Shown piece after piece: positions 42,729 through 52,463 of a DNA stretch of 64,000 bases. The notes under the pieces are model-generated. The model made no database searches, had not been told where the DNA came from, and was given only the letters and a program-made list of their open reading frames with translations. The number at the start of each line of letters is the position of its first letter. The stretch's first letter is position 1. Where the stretch lies: the NCBI GenBank assembly GCA_034090015.1, contig JAXDTJ010000018.1, forward strand, positions 41,740 to 105,739. The letters are read 5' to 3'. A program made the position numbers and the translations under genes. Origin of the DNA: Paludibacteraceae bacterium. GTDB lineage: Bacteria; Bacteroidota; Bacteroidia; Bacteroidales; Paludibacteraceae.

Positions 42729-45700
42729 ATGAAAAAGCTATTTACAGTATGCGTTGCCTTGGTGGTTGCCATGACCATGACGGCAGAAAACATGACTTGC
42801 TCGGATGCTGCTACAGCAGCACTTGCTTTGGGCGGGGGAGTAACAGCTACTGACTCTGTTACGGTTACAGGCTATGTCTCTGTGCTTAAAGGAGATGTCT
42901 CTACCAAGTATGAAACCCCTCAACAGCAATTTTGCATGGATGACACTAAAGGCTCAAATGCAGAAACATTGCTAATTTATTGGGCGAACATTCCCGAAGA
43001 GTTTCGTGAGTCATTAACCTCCCTCAACGTTGGAGATAAAGTCTCTGTTACGGGGCTATTATGCCATTATGTAAAAAGCGGTGTTTCTATTCCGGAATTG
43101 GTGAACGGCAATGTAAAAATGCTGGAACGTAACGAAGTAGAGATTGACACGCTTGATATGACCACTTGTGAAGTCATTGCAGCGGCAGAAGCGCTGAATG
43201 CCGACGAGTATTTAGATGAGGTGATAATAGTAAGTGGTTTGGTGAGTGCGGTATCCAGTACAAGCGAAAGACAACAGACTTTTGAAATGACTTGTGACGA
43301 TAATAACAAAATTTTTCAAGCGTATAATGTTGCCGTTACAGAGCCTGTTTTTGTAGGTGATTCCGTCATTGTTGTAGGGAAAGTAAAGAACTATAATGGG
43401 ATAATAGAAGCTCACGGAGGAAAAGCATATATCACCAAAAAGGGAGAGGTGAAGCATGGACCAATCGTTGTAACCTCCAATTCGTCCTCCGGCATTTCGA
43501 ATGCATGTTTCACCGCCACTCTTGAGGACGGAACTATTTTAGGATTTTATTCCTATTTCCCTGATTTAGGTTATGACGATGATTTTGTTTTCTGTGGTGC
43601 TATTTCACAACGAACAGAACTAACCATTCCGGATAGTGTTATTTTTAACTCTATTTCTTATCCGGTGACGAAGATAGGATGCTATAATAACGGTAATCGT
43701 GCTTATCAATGTGATTTGAGCAATGCTACAAGTGTAAAATCTGTTATATTACCCTCTACGATAGCTTATATATATGATTTGCCTTCCACAGTTGAAGACC
43801 TCCATATAAATAGTGATGTAAGTTGGTATAATGGAACAAAAACACTACAAAACCTATCCAAACTCTATGTGCCTGCAGACTTGTACAATCCCATTATGGG
43901 GAATGCGAATATGAGAAACTATGTCATTATCCTCGAAGAAGGGCAAGAGCCTATCCGCATCACCATCAATATGACCACTGCCGGCGAATTTGCACAACTG
44001 CTCTTGCAACAGACCGACAATAACTGGTATCATGTGCATGAATTAACCGTAACCGGACCGCTCAATGCTAATGACCTGAATGTATTCAAACGGATGAAGC
44101 AACTACAGAAGTTGGATTTGTCTAATGCGGTGATTGCAGACATACCGAATAATTTTAATGGTGCAACCGGTTATAGAGGTAATAGTTCCGATATGAACCT
44201 ATTGGAGGAATTGTCTTTACCGAGCATAAATAACATAGGCAATTATGCATTCTCCGGATGTAAAAAACTAAAAAGCATCAGTCTTACATCGGTGAATAGC
44301 ATAGGTCAATATGCTTTCTCTTACCTTGGCGCACCGCATATTTCTTTGCCGGAAGGAACAACATCAATAGGGACCAATGCTTTTTACTACAGCAACATCA
44401 CCGGAATCGACCTACCCTCTACGCTTACTTCGATTGGGGATTATGCTTTCGCATATAGTGAATTAAAAAGCATAGAAATTCCATCACCAATTACAGATGT
44501 TAGTGCATATTGTTTTTATGAGTGCGATAGCCTGGTTTCTGTATCGTTACCGATATCCACACAACAAATCAAGTCGTATGCATTCAGCAATTGTGAAAAT
44601 TTGACTGCAATCAATCTTCAAGAACTAATCAACCTAAAGAGCATTGAGAGTTATGCGTTTAACGGATGTTATGCCTTGAAAGAGATAGAATTAGCCGGTT
44701 CCCTTCGTAACATAAATTCCGGAACTTTTGGCGGATGTTATAATATCAAGTCTGTCAAAAGCTACGCTGTAATTCCGCCTTCCGGTAATTCTACCTATTC
44801 TCTATTGGACGGATGTGATTATACGGGAGTAACCCTATATGTCCCTGCCATGTCTATTGCTGCTTATCGTGCAGCAGCCGGATGGAGTGATTTCTATACC
44901 GTACTTCCTTTGGAGGAACAAATAAACAACTTGTATATCTATGATTTTGCGACTATTGCAGATGTCTCTGAGTTTTCGACAGATTGCAATGTAACGTTGG
45001 GCTGGGAATACTTGTCGCGCAACGGTTATTCGAGTATGTTCTATGGTGCATTAACGTACAACGATACCGCTACCTTCTCTATGCACAACTATCGGCAATA
45101 TCAAGATTTAGGAAGTTCTTCGTCTTCTTATCCTTATGCCGTTAATCCTATATTTACTTCGCTCGTGGCGAATGGCCCGATGCGTGCAGATAGTGTACAA
45201 ACAACGCTTATCACAAAATCAACATACGATTGGTACTTCATTTCCTTGCCTTACGATGTGCAGGTGGCGGATATTACTTATTCCGAGGGTGCGCAGTTTG
45301 TTATTCGCAAATACTCCGGCTACAACCGTGCGCAACAGGCAGGAGCTACGTGGCAGAATCTGACGACCGATAGCGTGATGCATGCATACGAGGGGTATAT
45401 CTTGAAATGTAATTTGCAAGATGCTTCGTTTACTTTCCCTGCCATCAACAATGCCCATAAAAACAATATGTTCCAAAAGGGCGATGCCGTAGTGCCGTTG
45501 AATGAATATCTGAGCGAGTTTGAGCATAACCGCTCATGGAACTTGATAGGTAACCCATATCCATGCTGGTACGACTCGCGCTATATGGACTTCTCGGCAC
45601 CTATCAGTGTATGGAATAGGTACTATGATCGTTACGATGCATTCTCTCCCGTTGACGATTCCTTTATCTTGCAACCCTCGCAGGCATTCTTTGTACAATG

Positions 45701-46379
45701 CCCCGTTGACCAATCTTCTATTACTTTCGACCAAGAAGGTCGTCAAGATTGTTGGTACACGCGCGTAAAATCGGATAAGGCTCCCATGCGTGTGGCAGCA
45801 AACGCAAACCGAAAAGTATTCAATATCGTTATGACAAGAGATTCGATAGAGGATCATACGCGTATAGTGCTCAACGATGATGCTTTGCTCGCATACGAGT
45901 TGGATAAAGATGCTTCCAAATTGATGGCTGATAATAATGCTGCTATGTTGCTCTATAGTGTTCACGATGGTGTACGCTATGCCATCAACGAGCGTCCTAT
46001 GGACAACGGAAAGGTAAGTTTAGGTTTCTTTGCACCTGAGGAAGGAGATTTCGAACTCTCTCTCAACACAACAGAAAGTGGCAATGTTATCTTGATGGAT
46101 AGTCTCACCAATACTATGACTACTCTGACCGGCAGTTACCGTTTCCATTCCGTAGCAGGTTACCACAATACCCGTTTAACCCTTGTATTCGAAACACCCA
46201 CCGAACTCAATCGCGCGGTTATCGGCAGCGATGGAAGTCTGTTGCATCAATCGGCTCAAATCTATTCAGTGGATGGTCGATGGATAGGGAATTATTATGA
46301 TGGCTGCATCAACAACTTGAATGCAGGTATTTACCTCATTATCGGACAGGATGTTAAACGCAAAATAATTGTGAAATAA
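42729..46379 (+). CDS. BspA-type leucine-rich-repeat surface protein with T9SS type-A C-terminal domain (1216 aa)
   Basis: Signal peptide. Two N-terminal OB-like modules. LRR units of the form IGNYAFSGCKKLKSISL and IGQYAFS. The C-terminus NLNAGIYLIIGQDVKRKIIVK looks like a T9SS CTD. Confidence 0.8.
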   Translation: MKKLFTVCVALVVAMTMTAENMTCSDAATAALALGGGVTATDSVTVTGYVSVLKGDVSTKYETPQQQFCMDDTKGSNAETLLIYWANIPEEFRESLTSLNVGDKVSVTGLLCHYVKSGVSIPELVNGNVKMLERNEVEIDTLDMTTCEVIAAAEALNADEYLDEVIIVSGLVSAVSSTSERQQTFEMTCDDNNKIFQAYNVAVTEPVFVGDSVIVVGKVKNYNGIIEAHGGKAYITKKGEVKHGPIVVTSNSSSGISNACFTATLEDGTILGFYSYFPDLGYDDDFVFCGAISQRTELTIPDSVIFNSISYPVTKIGCYNNGNRAYQCDLSNATSVKSVILPSTIAYIYDLPSTVEDLHINSDVSWYNGTKTLQNLSKLYVPADLYNPIMGNANMRNYVIILEEGQEPIRITINMTTAGEFAQLLLQQTDNNWYHVHELTVTGPLNANDLNVFKRMKQLQKLDLSNAVIADIPNNFNGATGYRGNSSDMNLLEELSLPSINNIGNYAFSGCKKLKSISLTSVNSIGQYAFSYLGAPHISLPEGTTSIGTNAFYYSNITGIDLPSTLTSIGDYAFAYSELKSIEIPSPITDVSAYCFYECDSLVSVSLPISTQQIKSYAFSNCENLTAINLQELINLKSIESYAFNGCYALKEIELAGSLRNINSGTFGGCYNIKSVKSYAVIPPSGNSTYSLLDGCDYTGVTLYVPAMSIAAYRAAAGWSDFYTVLPLEEQINNLYIYDFATIADVSEFSTDCNVTLGWEYLSRNGYSSMFYGALTYNDTATFSMHNYRQYQDLGSSSSSYPYAVNPIFTSLVANGPMRADSVQTTLITKSTYDWYFISLPYDVQVADITYSEGAQFVIRKYSGYNRAQQAGATWQNLTTDSVMHAYEGYILKCNLQDASFTFPAINNAHKNNMFQKGDAVVPLNEYLSEFEHNRSWNLIGNPYPCWYDSRYMDFSAPISVWNRYYDRYDAFSPVDDSFILQPSQAFFVQCPVDQSSITFDQEGRQDCWYTRVKSDKAPMRVAANANRKVFNIVMTRDSIEDHTRIVLNDDALLAYELDKDASKLMADNNAAMLLYSVHDGVRYAINERPMDNGKVSLGFFAPEEGDFELSLNTTESGNVILMDSLTNTMTTLTGSYRFHSVAGYHNTRLTLVFETPTELNRAVIGSDGSLLHQSAQIYSVDGRWIGNYYDGCINNLNAGIYLIIGQDVKRKIIVK

Positions 46380-49300
46380 TGAAAAAGGTATTTATTGCAC
46401 TATGTCTTCTATGCCTTTATGTAGTTGCATGGGGACAGATTGGTGGCGACTACGATCCCGAGAGTCCTTCCGACCCCGGCACACCGGTGAAGACATACGC
46501 GCTGACGCTCAATGCCACTCCCTCCAACGGCGGTAGTTTCAACACTACTGCAGTCCGTCTGGAAAGCGGAGAAACATACACGATACGAGCATATCCCAAC
46601 ACTGACTATAGGTTCATAGCATGGTTGTGCGAGGGGGATACGCTGTCGAAATCAACAGGCTACACCTACACTATGCCGGCGCACGATGTAAGAATTACCG
46701 GCGTGTTTGAGTATCATCCTGTCTCACCCTCAGACCCGCAACAGCCCGATACCACACGAAAATATCAGTTATTCATAAGCGCCAGTCCCGCGAATGGCGG
46801 TAGTTTCAATATCAGCAACGCCAAAGTGGCAGAAGGCAGTCATAACCAATTGCAGGCGTATTCCAATACAGACTTTGTGTTCAAACATTGGATAATGGGT
46901 GATTCCGTACTATCCACAGCCCAAAGTCTCGATTTCGTGATGCCGAAGCATGATGTACGGTTGGCGGGGGTATTTGAATACAATCCCGGTAACCCGGGAG
47001 ATCCCAATACCAATCCGTGGAATGCAGCAACGGGGGAAGTGATTATAGATGATTTTGTCCCGGGCTATCTACGCAACGCCATCTCTTCCGCTACTGGCAA
47101 CAACAGCAGTGCGGTGCTATCCATTATGGTGGTGGGTATCATGAATAGTTATGATTTTGAAGCCTTTAGCCGCTATAGCAACTGCGCGAACTTGGACTTA
47201 AGTCGTGTGTCGGGCATCACGACGGTACCTTCAAACGCGTTCTCAGCTTCTAACTTCAACCGTGTGGTACTGCCGGCTACCATTGAGTCGTTGGGTTACC
47301 GCTCTTTTGCCAATTGCGCCAACCTCACAAGCATTGTGCTGTATGCTATGACTCCGCCTACGCTCAACACAGACGTATTCAGCGGTGTCTCCGATGGGTT
47401 GCTTGTATATGTGCCGGCAGCGGCGATCCCGCAGTATCAAAATGAAACAGCATGGAGCGGCTTCACCCTATTGCCTATACAAGAAGATATTCTCAATCTG
47501 GAGGTTTCGTTACCGGAAGATGCCGACATTGCCGATTTCACCAATATGTGGTTGGAACTCACCAATACGAAGAACGGTCAGCGGATACATTACGTGATGA
47601 CAGATCGACGCTCCTACACCTTTGCCAACATCATCCGAAATACCACATGGAATGTTACCCTTCGAAACGAAAGGGGGGATGTCTTCGGACAAATACTCAA
47701 TGTGCAGGCACAAGATGAGGATATCAGTGTTTCGTTTACCTCATTATTGAAGCCGCAAAACCTGTCGTTGCGGGTGCTTACTCCCGACAGCGTGGATATT
47801 ACGGAGCAAGTCCAAGTGGTATGGACGGATAGCAAGGGCAATTATCTGGCACAAGCCCGTTCGCTGGTAGGTTTGCCGACGGGATATAGTGCTACCTACA
47901 CGGTTTCTCTGCCGCAACGTCTTGCCATGGTGTATGCTACGCCGCCTTCGGCTACCTGCGTCTTGACTGATGAGAGCAATGAGGTATTTTGTCGGCTATG
48001 CGCCATTCCAAATGTGCATATCTCGGGAACGGTTACCGATGCTTCAACGGGGCTGCCTATGTGCAATGCCACGGTGAGTGCATCGCAAACTTTCGCGGGC
48101 AAGTATAGCAAGACGTTAGGGACGCAAACGGATGCTAAGGGTGTTTACACGCTGGATATAGCCAATGTCCCCACGTCGTTATCGGTTTCCGCATCCAACT
48201 ATGTCAGCCAATCGTGCCGATGCGACTCACTGCTGTCGGGGCAGGATACCGTTGCTATACCCGTTTTTGCGCTACGAACAATCTCGGGTGCTACTATCGC
48301 ACTCGGATTTACCTACACCGATTTAGATGGCAACAGCCAAAACTGGTATCGCGACTACAACAATATAGACTACTCTATCTTCAATCTCACTACCGGAAAA
48401 GCAATTGACCGCTACACGCTGCAGTATCCCCAGATAGTGATTACGGAAGAGGTTGCCGATGGAGACCTGTTGCGCCTGACTGTCACGAGCAGAACCGGCT
48501 CTTTCATGCCGGTTAGTGTGGTGGATACTCTTGCCGACCAAAAAGCAACTGCCACGTTTGATATAGTGGCGTTGGGACGCATCGAATCGTCCTTTGCTTC
48601 TTCCAAAAACTCTACCGTAGCGGGCATTCTGTACGACAGCAACGGGAAATGGATGAATACATACGAATATACCTCCGGCAAGTTGTCGGTCAGCAATCTT
48701 CCCGATGGGCGTTATATCTTGGTAAGCATGGGCAGTAGCCGATTCTTCAATACGATTTATGATTTGGCGAAACTGCCACAAACAGGGCTGGTAAAGGGAG
48801 TGGATTACGTGGAGGACACAGCTGTGGTACGTAGCGGGGAGATAACCACGATTGCAATTAGCGAAGTGCCGACATTGGACGAAAGCAAACTATACTACAC
48901 AGGGGACAAAACCCAGTTCTCTGTGAACAAACCCAGCATTGTGGTGGGCAACTATCTCACCCTCTCGGGTACGATTGATTTCAAGCCGACCTATTCCCAA
49001 AGTGTCAGCAATGTACAGATGATAATAGACCTGCCCGAATCCTGTGAGTTTGTCAGCAACTCTGTGATGATCGGTACGAGTATCGGCAACTATACACTTA
49101 ATGGAAGTCAACTCACCATTCCGCTGATGCACTATACGGATCGGGTGCGTTTCTGCGTTATCCCCACCGAGGGAGGCGACTGTGCGCCGACGGCTTTTGT
49201 ACAGTTTGATCTACAGGGAACATCTATTATGCAACCCATTGGTTCGGCACACGTATCGGTGCAAGATTTGTCTGTTTCCGTTCCTTCTACGGTTGCCAAT

Positions 49301-52300
49301 CCCAGCATTCCGGTAAGCGGAACGGCGGTAGGCGTTTGCGATATCGAGATATTCGATGGCAATGTGTTAATAGGGCAAACCAAGTCATTAGCCAATGGTA
49401 CATGGGCAACCACCTATGAACTGTCTGATGCTTCAAATTTGTCCGTACATGCTATTCATGCTAAGGTGACAACTCAGACAGGAGTTCAATTGATCTCCGA
49501 AAGTAAAAATTGCGTTTATGATATGAACGCCATTGAGTTGATAAAAGTTACTATGTATCATATGAATCCTGAAAAGAATATGCAGACAGCTGTGTATAAT
49601 TTTCAAAATCCTTCTGTCACCCCCAATAAGTGGACAGTATATTACCCAAATAAAGCATTTACATATACAATAGAGTTCACCAACAATTCGCCGACCAAAG
49701 TTTCAAATGTGGTTTTATATGTTCATACTGCCGATAATGAAAAATTACCATTTGCAGCCACATACAACTCAGAGAAAGATTTTTGGTATGTTAATTGCAA
49801 TTTAGGGAATAAATCGGATCAGCACTACCCGATTAATGTGTCTGTCAGTTATACAGCTATTACAGAATTAGACTCTATGGCTACTCTTTCAATTTTTGAG
49901 GAAACTATAAAAAAACAAGACGATTATAATATAGAAATCACAAATGTTTCCGCCGATGAAGATTATTACTATACAGACTATATACATAATGGTTCCAACG
50001 TGGGATTAATTAGCAACTTTTCTACAATTGATACATTACCATGTAGCATTACGCCAATGGTAGATACGGTATTCGACAATTTTAGCATTTATTCAGACAT
50101 TGATTATGTTTCAAATACACTAAACGTATATATTCCAAAACTATCATTGACATATCTTTCAGACATAACAGACACGATTTTAATACAATATCTTGAATGG
50201 GCAGATGAGATTTGTACCTCCAACTTTTTGCGCTTCGCAATCAAAGTAGAAAACCGAAGTACATCTACAAACAACATTAGATTCCGTGCTCCCCTTCAAA
50301 ACTATTTGAGACGCTCACTCTACTTTACAGAACAGATTCTAGGAGCATATGATTCGTACCTAATGGAGAGAGAGGTTAGGGAACGTCTTGAACAGTTAGC
50401 AGATTTGTCAAATAGATTGGATAAGTTGGATTGTATGGACGAAAGCATAAAGGACGACATACGAGATAATATTAATAGATTATTTGAACAATACTTTGAT
50501 ATTAAAGAAACTTCCAACTTAATGCAGGATATGGATAATGAGTTTACTTCTCCGCTATATGCTATAAATTTTGCAGGTGGTTGGCTGGAATTTGCAGCTG
50601 AAATAGGATTTGCAACCCGAAGAAGACAAATATCAAACTTTATCGCAGTATTTGAGAATGCCTGTCCGCCTCCTTTTGAAGGTAATGATGGCGGAGATTA
50701 TACGCCTTACAATCCTGACGATGAAGTACAAATTGACCCCTCCGGCTATGTATATGAAGGGGTGTCGTCCAATCGGTTGGAAGGCGTAACTGCCACTATT
50801 TACTACAAAGAGATGGTGGAAGATATGTATGGTGATTTGCACGAGAACATTGTGAAATGGGATGCAGAAGCGTATGCACAGGAAAATCCGCTCTTTACGG
50901 ATGAGAACGGTTTGTATGCTTGGGATGTACCACAGGGACTATGGCAAGTGAAGTTTGAGAAACAAGGATATGAGACCACCCACTCCGATTGGCTTCCTGT
51001 ACCTCCACCGCAATTAGACGTGAATGTCGCTATGAAGCAGAACGTGCAACCTATGGTGAGAAAAGCCGGAGCTTATGAGGATGCTGTAGAGGTGGAGTTT
51101 GACAAGTATATGCTGCCGGAACAGTTGAACACCGACAATATCATCGTGATGCAAGGCGACAGCATGGTGGCGGGTACCATTCAATTGCTGGACGAGGAAG
51201 TAAGTTATGCGCAAAGCGATATCTCGTATGCATCCAAAGTGCGTTTTCAAGCCGCCGCTCCTTTCTCAGAGCCGATCGTTACGCTTATTGTGAGCAATCG
51301 GGTAAAGAGTTACGCGGGGGTTCGCATGCAAGACAACTACTCACAAACATTCGCTGTAGAGCAGGAAATCAAACAAATCCTCTGCGACTCTGTTAAGAAA
51401 GTGGGGTACTGCAAATCCACTACGCTTAGCGTTCAGGTATTGCCCGCAACAGCGGCGGCAAGAAAAGTGCTGAGGGCGCAATCCTCGTCAGACATGATGG
51501 TCAGCTTGCAAACGACGGAAGCGACTATCGACAACAACGGTCGGGCGGTGTTTACTCTCTCCGGCAATCTACCCGGTACTGCCGCTATCTTATTCGACAT
51601 TGAGGGTACGGATAAAACGGCGCAGACGATGGTCAATGTCGTTCCCGTTGCACAATTGATTCCTACCATCACTGTGGTTTCTGCCGATACGCTGCGGGGT
51701 ACGGTGCATATCGACCAAAAGGTGAATGAGGATAGCATTGCCGTCATCTCTGCTACACCGCTGTTCGGTTACCATTTCACACACTGGAACGATGGCAATA
51801 CCGATAATCCACGTACTATCAAACTGGCGGGCGACAGCACGCTGGTTGCCTCTTTTGACTTGACACGTTTCGGTTTGTGCGGCGATGCACTCTATTGGGA
51901 GTACAGCGACTCGGTAGTGATGGTTACCGGCGCAGGCGAGATGTATCATTTCACCGCCACCACCATGCCATGGCTGCTTCTGCGCGACAGTATCACCACT
52001 ATATCCATCAGCAGGGAGGCAACAACGATTGGAGAAGCCGCATTCTATGGCAGCAACAAGGTGGATACCATCTTCAGTTATGCGCTTGTACCGCCGATAT
52101 GTGGGGATTCCTGTTTCTATCTTGTGCCGCAGGAGGCACAGGTATTCGTACCGAATGGCTCATTGGAAGCGTACAAAGCCGCGGAAGGTTGGAGGTACTT
52201 CTTCCATATCAGCGAAATGGAGAAAATGCCGGAGACAGAGTTGGAACAAACAGAATTTTACCAATGCATCACAAAGTACGTCCGCAATGGAGTGCTGTAT

Positions 52301-52351
52301 ATCCGGAAGGGAAATAGAACCTATAATCTATTGGGAAATGAAGTTAGGTAA
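46379..52351 (+). CDS. giant (1990 aa) surface protein: Listeria-Bacteroides-type repeats, BspA-LRR blocks, carboxypeptidase-regulatory-like domains
   Basis: The start overlaps the upstream stop (TAATG). Signal peptide MKKVFIALCLLCLYVVAWGQ. Two N-terminal GGSFN...F.HW...V.GVFEY repeats and a third, divergent copy near the C-terminus. LRR blocks at both ends. Confidence 0.8.
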   Translation: MKKVFIALCLLCLYVVAWGQIGGDYDPESPSDPGTPVKTYALTLNATPSNGGSFNTTAVRLESGETYTIRAYPNTDYRFIAWLCEGDTLSKSTGYTYTMPAHDVRITGVFEYHPVSPSDPQQPDTTRKYQLFISASPANGGSFNISNAKVAEGSHNQLQAYSNTDFVFKHWIMGDSVLSTAQSLDFVMPKHDVRLAGVFEYNPGNPGDPNTNPWNAATGEVIIDDFVPGYLRNAISSATGNNSSAVLSIMVVGIMNSYDFEAFSRYSNCANLDLSRVSGITTVPSNAFSASNFNRVVLPATIESLGYRSFANCANLTSIVLYAMTPPTLNTDVFSGVSDGLLVYVPAAAIPQYQNETAWSGFTLLPIQEDILNLEVSLPEDADIADFTNMWLELTNTKNGQRIHYVMTDRRSYTFANIIRNTTWNVTLRNERGDVFGQILNVQAQDEDISVSFTSLLKPQNLSLRVLTPDSVDITEQVQVVWTDSKGNYLAQARSLVGLPTGYSATYTVSLPQRLAMVYATPPSATCVLTDESNEVFCRLCAIPNVHISGTVTDASTGLPMCNATVSASQTFAGKYSKTLGTQTDAKGVYTLDIANVPTSLSVSASNYVSQSCRCDSLLSGQDTVAIPVFALRTISGATIALGFTYTDLDGNSQNWYRDYNNIDYSIFNLTTGKAIDRYTLQYPQIVITEEVADGDLLRLTVTSRTGSFMPVSVVDTLADQKATATFDIVALGRIESSFASSKNSTVAGILYDSNGKWMNTYEYTSGKLSVSNLPDGRYILVSMGSSRFFNTIYDLAKLPQTGLVKGVDYVEDTAVVRSGEITTIAISEVPTLDESKLYYTGDKTQFSVNKPSIVVGNYLTLSGTIDFKPTYSQSVSNVQMIIDLPESCEFVSNSVMIGTSIGNYTLNGSQLTIPLMHYTDRVRFCVIPTEGGDCAPTAFVQFDLQGTSIMQPIGSAHVSVQDLSVSVPSTVANPSIPVSGTAVGVCDIEIFDGNVLIGQTKSLANGTWATTYELSDASNLSVHAIHAKVTTQTGVQLISESKNCVYDMNAIELIKVTMYHMNPEKNMQTAVYNFQNPSVTPNKWTVYYPNKAFTYTIEFTNNSPTKVSNVVLYVHTADNEKLPFAATYNSEKDFWYVNCNLGNKSDQHYPINVSVSYTAITELDSMATLSIFEETIKKQDDYNIEITNVSADEDYYYTDYIHNGSNVGLISNFSTIDTLPCSITPMVDTVFDNFSIYSDIDYVSNTLNVYIPKLSLTYLSDITDTILIQYLEWADEICTSNFLRFAIKVENRSTSTNNIRFRAPLQNYLRRSLYFTEQILGAYDSYLMEREVRERLEQLADLSNRLDKLDCMDESIKDDIRDNINRLFEQYFDIKETSNLMQDMDNEFTSPLYAINFAGGWLEFAAEIGFATRRRQISNFIAVFENACPPPFEGNDGGDYTPYNPDDEVQIDPSGYVYEGVSSNRLEGVTATIYYKEMVEDMYGDLHENIVKWDAEAYAQENPLFTDENGLYAWDVPQGLWQVKFEKQGYETTHSDWLPVPPPQLDVNVAMKQNVQPMVRKAGAYEDAVEVEFDKYMLPEQLNTDNIIVMQGDSMVAGTIQLLDEEVSYAQSDISYASKVRFQAAAPFSEPIVTLIVSNRVKSYAGVRMQDNYSQTFAVEQEIKQILCDSVKKVGYCKSTTLSVQVLPATAAARKVLRAQSSSDMMVSLQTTEATIDNNGRAVFTLSGNLPGTAAILFDIEGTDKTAQTMVNVVPVAQLIPTITVVSADTLRGTVHIDQKVNEDSIAVISATPLFGYHFTHWNDGNTDNPRTIKLAGDSTLVASFDLTRFGLCGDALYWEYSDSVVMVTGAGEMYHFTATTMPWLLLRDSITTISISREATTIGEAAFYGSNKVDTIFSYALVPPICGDSCFYLVPQEAQVFVPNGSLEAYKAAEGWRYFFHISEMEKMPETELEQTEFYQCITKYVRNGVLYIRKGNRTYNLLGNEVR

Positions 52352-52377
52352 GCCAAGCGATAACTCATAGAGGCGCG

Positions 52378-52408
52378 GTTCCCGACAAGTCGGGAACTGG
52401 TCGGGAGC
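52378..52408. repeat. TCCCGAC-AA-GTCGGGA hairpin between the 1990-aa and 802-aa genes
   Basis: GTTCCCGACAAGTCGGGAACTGGTCGGGAGC. Confidence 0.75.
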
Positions 52409-52463
52409 CGCACCAAAAGAAATAATGTATCAACAAATTTATTAACCTTTTCATCAAAAAAGT

